The notes beneath the pieces were generated by a model, which did no database searches, was not told the DNA's origin, and worked only from the letters and a program-made list of their open reading frames with translations. 63,685 nucleotides of DNA from a virus (lineage: Duplodnaviria > Caudoviricetes): positions 1-63,685 of the IMG/VR virus record IMGVR_UViG_3300047360_000121; one strand, 5' to 3'. Shown here piece by piece: positions 55,133 through 63,108 of this stretch. The stretch's first letter is position 1, and each line of letters starts with the position of its first letter. A program made the translations under genes and the position numbers.

Positions 55133-55228
55133 TGATGCACGCATATACATATATCCATATATCTTGGTATCCGAATGTATTGATACTTGCATATGCTAGT
55201 ATCCGCATATCTTGATACGTGGATATGT
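55133..55228. repeat. Degenerate 8-bp periodic array (12 units, NNRTRYNN)
   Basis: tgatgcac gcatatac atatatcc atatatct tggtatcc gaatgtat tgatactt gcatatgc tagtatcc gcatatct tgatacgt ggatatgt. Confidence 0.8.
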
Positions 55229-55555
55229 AAGACCTAGTGCCGCGATGCAGCGCCGATCTACGCCGCAGCGCGGCGGCTGACTGGTGGCACCTCATGCCCT
55301 GCCGCGTGTCGCCCTTCAGCCCGTCGCGCCGCGTTCCGTTGGATTCGCTAATGCTGCCGCACGGGCTTGCGCCGGGCCGGATTGCCCCATGCCGATCGGG
55401 CCGGACGCTTGCCGCCAGAACCGGGCACGGCAGCCCGTGCAAATATAAGCCGTTGTCTTGTGTTAAATTGCACCTTACCTAGTAGAGCACGGGCCGCGCC
55501 TATGGGCGGGCCGCTTTCCGGGCCGCACGGCTCTACTGACACGAGGACTCAACCT

Positions 55556-55864
55556 ATGACCAAACCTGTTTCCATCCGGGGGACTCGCTACCCTTCCGCC
55601 ACGGCTGCCGCGCGCGCCCTTGGCGTCACGCCGCAGACCGTTTGCAATGCGCGCAAGATCGGCACGTTGGACAACGTAGGGCAGGGCAGGGAAGCCCTTG
55701 CCGCCCATACACGAGGAACGGGCCGCGCTAACAAGCCGGTGACGTTGGGTGGGGTAGAGCACGAGTCGCACAAGGCGGCAGCGGCAGCCCTTGGAGTCCA
55801 TCCTTCCGACATAGGGGGATACCTGCGGACGCTTGCCGCCCTAGGGCGCGCGGCAGGGAAGTAG
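55556..55864 (+). CDS. Protein with two NUMOD1-like HTH DNA-binding repeats
   Basis: KPVSIRGTRYPSATAAARALGV and KPVTLGGVEHESHKAAAAALGV; GAGGA RBS. Confidence 0.7.
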   Translation: MTKPVSIRGTRYPSATAAARALGVTPQTVCNARKIGTLDNVGQGREALAAHTRGTGRANKPVTLGGVEHESHKAAAAALGVHPSDIGGYLRTLAALGRAAGK

Positions 55865-55876
55865 GGGCCTCTATCC

Positions 55877-55986
55877 CCCCGGACATGCGAAGGGCCGCCC
55901 TAGGGCGGCCCTCTATCGTTCTGGCGGGGTAGCAGGCCCCGGACATGCGAAGGGCCGCCCTAGGGCGGCCCTCTATCGTTCTGGCG
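55877..55986. repeat. Duplicated 50-bp unit (60-bp period), each with a perfect 22-bp palindrome; likely bidirectional terminators
   Basis: AGGGCCGCCCTAGGGCGGCCCT at 55891 and 55951 between convergent genes. Confidence 0.85.
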
Positions 55987-56181
55987 CTAAAGCCTGTCGT
56001 CTGGTCCGGGCCGCGCCCAAGTCACGAGGATATAGAAGGCCCCGCCGATCAATAACCAATGTGCGCCGCGCCATGCCGCCACGAGGCCGCAGGCGGCAAG
56101 CCCTAGGCGCGCGGCCCACGTTAGCAGGTGAAATAGCGCGACATGCCGCGCCATGCGCTTTTGACGGTCTAGGGCGTTCAC
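55987..56181 (-). CDS. Small membrane protein (64 aa)
   Basis: GTGA overlap, GGAG RBS, two hydrophobic segments. Confidence 0.55.
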   Translation of the reverse strand: MNALDRQKRMARHVALFHLLTWAARLGLAACGLVAAWRGAHWLLIGGAFYILVTWARPGPDDRL

Positions 56182-56441
56182 GACAGGACTCCATTCACAA
56201 TGCGGGAAAGCGCGGCGTCTAGGGATAGGGCATAGGCCAGCCCTTCGCACGGTTCGCCCATATCGCGAAAGTTTGCGCGCGTCTGGCGGATTGCCCTTTC
56301 AGTAGCGTTGAACCGGCCCGATACGGGAAAGAGCGCGGATTCATCTTGGGCGCGAAAGGCCCGATTTATTGCGACCGTATTAGTGCGGCCCTGAAACGGT
56401 TCGGCCCGATCGGCGATTTGTTCAGCCGTGAGTCGTTCCAT
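56178..56441 (-). CDS. Hypothetical protein
   Basis: TAATG coupling within the operon. Confidence 0.65.
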   Translation of the reverse strand: MERLTAEQIADRAEPFQGRTNTVAINRAFRAQDESALFPVSGRFNATERAIRQTRANFRDMGEPCEGLAYALSLDAALSRIVNGVLS

Positions 56442-57076
56442 TATTCTTCCCCCGCCATTTCGTCTGCCAATTCGTGCGCCGTTTCTTCAATGTAATCCCC
56501 CGCATTGGATTCAATCCCCCATAGGGACTCGGACTTGCCGCAGCATTGGCAATCCCCCGCGCGGCGCACAATGACTCCGATATACTGCCATTGGTCGGCG
56601 CACCACTGGCGCAGGTTTTCATAGTCCGCACGGGCTGCCGCTGCCGCGTACTGGCGCGGTGTCATGGTCGCCCTATAGGCCGCATAGACCGCCGAGATTG
56701 CCCGGTTCACGTCGTCGGGGTCCGTCGCCTTGTACGGGCCGGATTCAGCCGTGCCGCCGCGCTTTTCATAGGGGGCCTTCCCGTCGTCGTCCGTTGTGAC
56801 CTTCAACGGCGCGGGAAGCGTTCCCCAGCCGTCACGCCGGGCAATGCGGCAGGCTTCCGCATAATCGTAAAAGCGTTTCCGCCCATTCCGTCCGTCGTCA
56901 TTTAGGATCAACTCACCGGGCAACTTGTCACGGCTTTCCCATTCCGTCACCGGCCCGTGTCCGTCTGTTTCCTCCCATGGTGCGCCGTGGTCATAGTCCG
57001 GTTTGATAGTCGCGACGAAGGACTCGCCATTGTGAACAAAATCAAAAGTTTCACCGGGGAAATATTCTTTAGCCAT
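56441..57076 (-). CDS. Hypothetical protein
   Basis: AAAGG RBS within the repeated leader; Trp/Tyr-rich (PWEETDGHGPV, SLWGIES). Confidence 0.75.
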   Translation of the reverse strand: MAKEYFPGETFDFVHNGESFVATIKPDYDHGAPWEETDGHGPVTEWESRDKLPGELILNDDGRNGRKRFYDYAEACRIARRDGWGTLPAPLKVTTDDDGKAPYEKRGGTAESGPYKATDPDDVNRAISAVYAAYRATMTPRQYAAAAARADYENLRQWCADQWQYIGVIVRRAGDCQCCGKSESLWGIESNAGDYIEETAHELADEMAGEE

Positions 57077-57155
57077 TGGTTTAGCCTTTCTCTTTTCATG
57101 CGGGATTGCATGGGAATGGCGCGACGGCTTGCGCCGCGCCGAACCGATTCAATCC
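57073..57155 (-). repeat. About 82-bp intergenic repeat, copy 1 (copy 2 at 58166-58247)
   Basis: Near-identical sequence spanning upstream stop, hairpin, RBS and start codon. Confidence 0.9.
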
Positions 57156-57418
57156 TCTATCGTGGAAACGATTGCCTCCCATGCGCCGGGCTTTCCGATA
57201 TAGGCGGTTCCCGCGTTCCCATAATTGGCGCAGTAAACGCGCCGCCATTTGTCATGTAGTTTGACCATATAGGGCAAAGGCATTGCGCTGCCGTATCCCG
57301 TCACGGTCTGCCCTTTACGCGGGGCCGGTTGGAACCGGGCTTCCGTCTCGATTGTCTCGAAAGGCCCGCCGGGCTTTCCAAGGGCTGCACCGCCGAATTG
57401 AAGATACGCTTTAGCCAT
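57149..57418 (-). CDS. Hypothetical protein
   Basis: GAGGAG RBS; TGYG...WRRVYC..YGNAGTAY. Confidence 0.7.
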   Translation of the reverse strand: MAKAYLQFGGAALGKPGGPFETIETEARFQPAPRKGQTVTGYGSAMPLPYMVKLHDKWRRVYCANYGNAGTAYIGKPGAWEAIVSTIED

Positions 57419-57419
57419 T

Positions 57420-57710
57420 TTAGGACTCCTCGTGGTATGTGATGAAAAGAACGGTCGCCATTCCGTATGGGCGAAACTCTACCATATCGCCAAAGTCATG
57501 CCGCGTTCCCCTAACGCCAGTTAGGCCCATCTCTGCCTTAGCCTTTTTCATCAACTCGCGCATGTATGTTTTATTCGCTGCCGTGTAATTGCTGCCGCCG
57601 TCATAACCAAAATGAGTCAATTCGGGCATTGCGATAACGGCGCGTTTCACCCAGCTATAATTGGCCTCACCCGCGAAAGTGTCAGTGTATTCTACGTCGT
57701 GCTTGTGCAT
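57420..57710 (-). CDS. Hypothetical protein
   Basis: RBS; TDTFAGEANYSWVKR. Confidence 0.7.
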   Translation of the reverse strand: MHKHDVEYTDTFAGEANYSWVKRAVIAMPELTHFGYDGGSNYTAANKTYMRELMKKAKAEMGLTGVRGTRHDFGDMVEFRPYGMATVLFITYHEES

Positions 57711-57725
57711 TGGTTCGCCCTTTCC

Positions 57726-58169
57726 TTAAAACGTGCCATGCGAGAAAACTTGCACCTTGCCGCGCGCGCCCAAGGCCCGCGCCGTGGCGGTAAGGGCTTC
57801 ACGCATCGCGCCGTCGCCCATGCCGCCTATGTGTTGCGACAACTCGACTCCGGCGCTTTCCAACGCTTCCGCAAGGGCCGCGCTTGCCTTGTGATAGCCT
57901 CCCCCGCCAGCGTTGCCGCTGCCGCTGGAAAAGTGCCCATCTGCGCCGTGAATCCACACTGACACATAGACAACGGACGCTTGCGCCGATCGGCCCATAT
58001 AGGCGCGCGCCGTTACCATCTCGCGCAACTGCCCTTTCACGATTGCCACGACAGACGCCGCGCCGATCATTTCTTTGCTGCCGCCATAATTCTTGCCATT
58101 CTCGAATCCGGTTTCGCCATACTTGCCCGGTTCAGCGCGACGGATGATTTTAGCTTTAATCGTTTCCAT
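57726..58169 (-). CDS. Hypothetical protein
   Basis: Repeated leader; GSGNAGGGGYHKASAA. Confidence 0.72.
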   Translation of the reverse strand: METIKAKIIRRAEPGKYGETGFENGKNYGGSKEMIGAASVVAIVKGQLREMVTARAYMGRSAQASVVYVSVWIHGADGHFSSGSGNAGGGGYHKASAALAEALESAGVELSQHIGGMGDGAMREALTATARALGARGKVQVFSHGTF

Positions 58170-58247
58170 TGGTTTAGCCTTTCTCTTTCATGCGGGATTG
58201 CATGGGAATGGCGCGACGGCTTGCGCCGCGCCCAACCGATTCAATCC
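58166..58247 (-). repeat. About 82-bp intergenic repeat, copy 2
   Basis: Matches 57073-57155. Confidence 0.9.
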
Positions 58248-58459
58248 AAGCAAGCGGCCTTAAACCGTTCTGCATTAAAATTAGGATTAGTGTCCGCAAG
58301 CTCTTTTGCGAAGTGATCGGCAATCTGCCGCAACTCATTAGACGTTGCATCTGGGTAAGTTTTGATGATTGCCGCAATGGTCGCAAAATGGCGGTGCTGC
58401 ATTGCCGCTTTGCCAGTGCGGGAATCTTTACGTGCGGCGGATTCTTTAGTTAGTGCCAT
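58241..58459 (-). CDS. Hypothetical protein
   Basis: AGGAG RBS; HF..IA...NPNFNAERFKAAC. Confidence 0.72.
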   Translation of the reverse strand: MALTKESAARKDSRTGKAAMQHRHFATIAAIIKTYPDATSNELRQIADHFAKELADTNPNFNAERFKAACLD

Positions 58460-58562
58460 GGAATTGACTCCTATTAGAGAAAGAGGGGGGAAAGGGTAAT
58501 TGCGCTAATGATTAGGACAACGGCGGAATCCACGAGGATTCCACGGATAAAGCCGGGCCGCT

Positions 58563-59306
58563 TCATTGTGTGGCCTTTACGGGCCGGACATTGTAAAAGC
58601 CGCGTTCAAGGTCCCGCGTTCCGTCTTGATACTCCTCTATCATTGCCGCAACTCGTGCGGCGTCGCGATATGTGAACGTCACGGCTTCCGCCTTATCTTC
58701 CGTCCACGAGGTCAATTCAGGGCTTTTGCCAAGGGCATAGACGTAGCTATTACCATCCGCATTGCGGCCTGTGATAACGTGAGTCCGTTCCGTGCGGCCT
58801 TCAGACTCCGCAAGGCTTTTGGCGTCGTCCGCTGCCGCTTCAACGGCGCAGGCCCACGAGGCGGCAATTTCCGCCAGCGGACGCTTCAGGTAGGGAGTCG
58901 CGTCATAGTCGCGGCTGCCGCCGTTGAAAGCCGGAATCGCGTCGTGAAAGGTTGTCTCGATAGCGCCGGGCTTCAGCCCATAGGCCGCGCCGGCGCGGCG
59001 CACTAGAACGGCGGAAACAGATTTGAGCGTGGCGCGGCCCACGAGGGAAAGCCGGTTCTGCGCCATATCTTCCGCGATTGCTTCCGCCAGAAACAGGGCT
59101 TCGCGCGGACATTCCGCATAAGTCGCACGTTCCGGGCTGCCGATCGGATAGACCTCAAAACCGGACGGCGCGTCACGGTCGCGCCGGATCATGACGCCAA
59201 GGTCCCGCGCCGCTTCAATCGCGGCCTTTTGCGTCGTGGCGGGGTAGAGGCGCGAGACGGCGGCAGACTTGGCGAACAAGGAGTCAGCGTAAGCGTTGCG
59301 TGTCAT
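58563..59306 (-). CDS. Hypothetical protein, first gene of the leftward block
   Basis: AAAGG RBS before the ATG at 59306. Confidence 0.7.
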   Translation of the reverse strand: MTRNAYADSLFAKSAAVSRLYPATTQKAAIEAARDLGVMIRRDRDAPSGFEVYPIGSPERATYAECPREALFLAEAIAEDMAQNRLSLVGRATLKSVSAVLVRRAGAAYGLKPGAIETTFHDAIPAFNGGSRDYDATPYLKRPLAEIAASWACAVEAAADDAKSLAESEGRTERTHVITGRNADGNSYVYALGKSPELTSWTEDKAEAVTFTYRDAARVAAMIEEYQDGTRDLERGFYNVRPVKATQ

Positions 59307-59361
59307 GGTGTAGCCTTTCGAGTTTCCCACGGCGCGGCCCCAGCGGCCCGCCGTTGGACCA

Positions 59362-59390
59362 GACTTAGGTTGCCTTCCTGCGGTTGGCAA
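59362..59390 (-). promoter_or_regulatory. Putative leftward promoter sharing the GCCAACCG core
   Basis: TTGCCA-N17-TAAGTC on the minus strand. Confidence 0.5.
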
Positions 59391-60179
59391 TACCTCCCCC
59401 CTAAAAAGTTAGGGCCTGATAAAATCCTGCCCGGACAGGCCGCGCCGATCGGAACAAGGAATCCGCGCGGAAGCAATATCCGCGCGCGGGCGCGCGCCCG
59501 CGTTCCTATAGTTGGCCGATCAGATTCCGCCACAATTCCGCCCCATTCCGTTCCCGCCGCGTTCCCCGTGAACAAGGGCCGAACGGAATGTGACGAATAG
59601 GTCAGAACGCGGCCCCTCGTGCCGCGCTGCGGCGCATAGGTCAGCACGCGCGCCATTCATGCCGCATTGCAGCACGTTGCTCCGCTGCACCGCAGCGCGT
59701 TGCGCCGCAGCGCCGCGTTAGCGGTAACGCCGCAGCGCGGCTTATCACGCTGCATCGCAGCGTGATAAGGCGATTCCACCAAGGCCGACCGCCGCCTCGA
59801 CCTCGACTCCACCCCCCTGCCGCCCCCTGCCGGGGCCTCTACCGATGCGCGCGCGAGGGGTCCGACCTTACTTCGGGAACCCAGCCCGTCCCAATTTTTC
59901 TTACTTCGGAAAGCCAGCCCGTTCCAAAAATCCAGCCGCCGAGATTTTCCTGCGAGATCAGCCTCGGACTTCAATTTTTCCGGCTCGCCCCGACCGGCGA
60001 ACCCTCGCTTTCCGGCCACGGCCCGGTCTTTCGCTGCGGAACATCGGAACATGCCAGCTTGTTTGATCTACAACTGCTCGCTATCACTCGAAGATGCACG
60101 AGCCGCAATGACGCGGCCCGGTAAGCCGTCGAGGTCGATCCGGCGATCTCGCTGGGTCACAGCCACCGGAGACGAGGAC

Positions 60180-60686
60180 ATGCGCCTTCCGATGCAAGCT
60201 GCTATCGCCCACACCTTCGCCCTCACCATGGCCGTTGCCGTCGTAGCCTTGCCTGCGCCGAAAGACCTGCTGGCCTCGATCGGCCCGTCCGACAGCGGCC
60301 CGGCACTCACCGAGGCCGACAGCCTGCCGGACACGCTCGAAGACCTCGCTGCGCCGCCGGACACCCCGGACTACGGCCCGGCGATCTCCCCTGACCACGC
60401 GCGCGCCGCGCTCACCGGCTGCGCCAGCTACCTCGACCGCGCGCTCAACCCGAGCATCGAGCCGTGCCGGACGGTGATCGAACAGGTGCAGACCGTCTTC
60501 GCCGCGCCGCCCGACCTCGGGCCGATGCCGCGCAGCTACGTGCCGGGCGACCACCTGACCGAAGCCATGATCCTCGCGAACGCCCAGCTTTGCCGTGCCC
60601 AATGGCGGGCCGCAGATGGCACGAGCGGGTTCGATCTGGCCTCTTGCATTTCCGATGCGACCGCCCTTGCAATGAGTTTCGACTGA
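60180..60686 (+). CDS. Putative exported protein with 4 Cys
   Basis: GAGGA RBS; hydrophobic N-terminus. Confidence 0.6.
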   Translation: MRLPMQAAIAHTFALTMAVAVVALPAPKDLLASIGPSDSGPALTEADSLPDTLEDLAAPPDTPDYGPAISPDHARAALTGCASYLDRALNPSIEPCRTVIEQVQTVFAAPPDLGPMPRSYVPGDHLTEAMILANAQLCRAQWRAADGTSGFDLASCISDATALAMSFD

Positions 60687-60861
60687 GGCTACCTTCCGAA
60701 TCGTCAGGAGAGCGTTGCGGCTGGCCCATGGGCTTGTCTTCGACGGAAAAGGGCGGGTCCGCAAAACGGATTCGCCCTTTTCATTTGACGGATCCCAAAA
60801 AACGAATCTTGAGCGACCGTTTCTCGAATCCCGAGCGACCGGCATCGAGCGACTTTTCTAC

Positions 60862-60890
60862 TTGATTGCCAACCGGAGGTAGCCTATGTG
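60862..60890 (+). promoter_or_regulatory. Sigma70-like promoter with conserved spacer
   Basis: TTGATT-N17(GCCAACCGGAGGTAGCC)-TATGTG, then TTGGTCACG as at 8002. Confidence 0.72.
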
Positions 60891-60926
60891 TTGGTCACGA
60901 CGAAACGACCAACCAACGGAGGCAAC

Positions 60927-61163
60927 ATGCCCAAGCGTTTTTCCGAGCCGCAGACACACTCGATCCTGACCTGCCGTCATATCGGCGGCGCGACCGTCCG
61001 TGTGAACATAATCCAGTGCGCCTGCTGTGACGCCTCGATCGAGAAGCCGACCCCGAACGGCAAGGCATATCCGATGATCGCGTGGCAGAAGTTCGCGACC
61101 CGGCGTGGCTGGGGCGTCAACCCGCGCAAGGAGCAATTCTTCTGCCCGGAGCACAAGCAATGA
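60927..61163 (+). CDS. Small zinc-binding protein
   Basis: GGAGG RBS; CACC...GW...CPEH. Confidence 0.7.
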   Translation: MPKRFSEPQTHSILTCRHIGGATVRVNIIQCACCDASIEKPTPNGKAYPMIAWQKFATRRGWGVNPRKEQFFCPEHKQ

Positions 61164-61285
61164 CCAACCCGTTCGTCCTGCTGCTGATCCTTCTCGTCTT
61201 CTGGAATGTCGATAGCGCCTATCGGGAGGAGATCAAGCGCGTCCGCGCAGAAACCCTTGTCGAGTGTCAATCCGAGGAGGACTGA
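61160..61285 (+). CDS. 41-aa membrane peptide
   Basis: ATGA overlap; FVLLLILLVFW. Confidence 0.55.
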   Translation: MTNPFVLLLILLVFWNVDSAYREEIKRVRAETLVECQSEED

Positions 61286-61288
61286 ACC

Positions 61289-61564
61289 ATGCCCACCCCG
61301 ACGCAAAGCAAACTCCTTGACCGCTTCGCCGCCGCGACGCGCGAGGCCGTCACGCTCGGGTCGCAGCCGCCCGAGCGACACGCCGAGATCATCAAGGCCG
61401 AGTCCGACACGCGCGCCGCGCTGGAAGCGGAACTCGACAGGGGCTTCCCGCTCACCGCAATCGACCGCTTGGACCTTCGGTATTTCCTGAAGAACGCGGC
61501 TGACTTTCCGACGATGAAGCGCGATGCCGATCGCTTCTATGACCTTTTCAGCCGGGAGGACTGA
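61289..61564 (+). CDS. Hypothetical protein
   Basis: GAGGACTGAACCATG leader. Confidence 0.7.
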   Translation: MPTPTQSKLLDRFAAATREAVTLGSQPPERHAEIIKAESDTRAALEAELDRGFPLTAIDRLDLRYFLKNAADFPTMKRDADRFYDLFSRED

Positions 61565-61567
61565 ACC

Positions 61568-61783
61568 ATGCCGCGTAAGATGACCCCGAGGCCCGACGTG
61601 CCGCGCTGGGTGCGTGCCAAGATCACCGAGTTTGAGCGCGCCGTGCGCGAGGACGCATGGAAGGGCGCGCAGCACCCCGAAGACCACCGTGCGATCGAGG
61701 AGCACCTTGAGTCCGCCCGCTACGATCTGGAAGCGACGATCCAGACCGCCCTGACCAAAGCCCAGAAGGGGGAACTGAAATGA
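61568..61783 (+). CDS. Hypothetical protein
   Basis: Same GAGGACTGAACCATG leader; partial resemblance to the upstream ORF. Confidence 0.7.
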   Translation: MPRKMTPRPDVPRWVRAKITEFERAVREDAWKGAQHPEDHRAIEEHLESARYDLEATIQTALTKAQKGELK

Positions 61784-62256
61784 CCAACAAGCCGAAGACC
61801 GTGATCGGGTCGAACGCCCGCCTGTCCGTTTCCAAAACGCCGTTCGATCGGATGGCCGACCCCGGCCTGCATCCTGATTTCAGGACGGTTGACTTCGCCG
61901 ATGTCGAGCGCCGGGTCCTCAACTTCTGGCCGCGCCACGCCGTGCTCGACAGCCTGCCGCCTGCCATTCAGCAGCCTCGGTCCCGCGTTCAGCGCGCTTT
62001 CGATCGGATCGCGAAACAGGGTGGTTTCCGCTCGGACCCGAACACCGAGGCCATGTCGGATCACGCCTTCGCGCTCCTCCGGTTTGAGAAGGGCGTGATC
62101 GACGTTCGGCAGGCCATGCAGGATATGATCGCCAAGATGATCGAAGCCTCGGGCAGCCCGACCGGGCGCTTCTCCTCGCGCTATCCGCTGAAGATGTCCC
62201 GCGTGGATCGTGGCCGCATCTACCGCACGATGGCCGCGCCCTACGGCGAGTCCTGA
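61780..62256 (+). CDS. Hypothetical protein with PolA-like short motifs
   Basis: ATGA overlap; DFADVERRVL and GSPTGRFSS. Confidence 0.65.
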   Translation: MTNKPKTVIGSNARLSVSKTPFDRMADPGLHPDFRTVDFADVERRVLNFWPRHAVLDSLPPAIQQPRSRVQRAFDRIAKQGGFRSDPNTEAMSDHAFALLRFEKGVIDVRQAMQDMIAKMIEASGSPTGRFSSRYPLKMSRVDRGRIYRTMAAPYGES

Positions 62257-62331
62257 ACTTCAGGGCTTCACCAAACCGCACGATCCGGTATGGTGAAGTC
62301 CGCGACTGAACCTCTCCTGAAAGGATTCCCC

Positions 62332-62460
62332 ATGGGCTACAACTACGGGCCGGACGAAGAGTCCGACAAGATCGCTGCCGGTCGCGGTATCATCATCGGC
62401 GTCGCTGCCGGGTGGGGCCTGATCGCCGTCGTAGCCTATGCCGTCAACATGATCTTCTGA
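62332..62460 (+). CDS. 42-aa membrane peptide
   Basis: AAAGGA RBS; MGYNYGPDEESDKIAAGRGIIIGVAAGWGLIAVVAYAVNMIF. Confidence 0.6.
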   Translation: MGYNYGPDEESDKIAAGRGIIIGVAAGWGLIAVVAYAVNMIF

Positions 62461-62468
62461 GGCGAACC

Positions 62469-63029
62469 ATGAACGCACCGTCACAATTCACCATGGGACT
62501 GACGATCGGCGACAAGCACATTGCCGACCTGCTGAACCCCCACCCGCACGAGATCGACCTCCTCGGAATCGACGCCAATCTGCGCCGCGTCCGCAGGTTC
62601 TCGGGCAACGCCGACGCCCTGACGATCAAAGCGCACCAGTGCCTTGCCCGACTGATCGCCGAGAAGGACGGTGCGCCCGTCCCGGTGGTCGAGTGGTCCG
62701 AGCATCACGACGATCACGAGGGCATCATCGGCGACATTCCCGGCCCGCTGAAGACGATCATCGCGTGGCACACTCCGGTCATCGGCGAGATCGAGGAAGC
62801 CCTCGACCAAGCGATCTGCGCGGCGCGGGGCCACCTCTATCCGACGCTCGAAACCCGGATGAAGACCTCCTACTACGACAAGGCTGCCGAGACGGTCGAA
62901 TGGGTCCACGTCCTCGGGCGCGACCCGGCACCGTGGAACAAGCCGACCCCGGCGTGGCTGTCTTGGGACATGGCCGAGGCCCTGATCGACGCCGCGCTTT
63001 GGCGGGCCGACCACACCATCCTGCACTGA
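62469..63029 (+). CDS. HD-domain phosphohydrolase (YfbR-like 5'-deoxynucleotidase)
   Basis: DLLNP, RRFSG, AHQ, HHDDHEGIIGDIPGPLK, YYDK. Confidence 0.75.
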   Translation: MNAPSQFTMGLTIGDKHIADLLNPHPHEIDLLGIDANLRRVRRFSGNADALTIKAHQCLARLIAEKDGAPVPVVEWSEHHDDHEGIIGDIPGPLKTIIAWHTPVIGEIEEALDQAICAARGHLYPTLETRMKTSYYDKAAETVEWVHVLGRDPAPWNKPTPAWLSWDMAEALIDAALWRADHTILH

Positions 63030-63108
63030 ACCCCTCCTGAAAACCATCGTAGCGCCGGACCTGAAACGGATTCCGGCCTACCGATTCCTGCGACCTGAAG
63101 GACAGACC

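Noticed and set aside
55556-55864. Homing endonuclease
   Set aside because: Only NUMOD1-like DNA-binding repeats are present; no HNH or GIY-YIG domain.
55877-58247. Repeats as a mini CRISPR array
   Set aside because: Only two copies of each, with either a 10-bp gap or whole genes between them; there is no repeat-spacer periodicity.
62469-63029. HD hydrolase as DatZ of a 2-aminoadenine (Z) genome
   Set aside because: No PurZ or MazZ was seen, and adenine methyltransferases are present.
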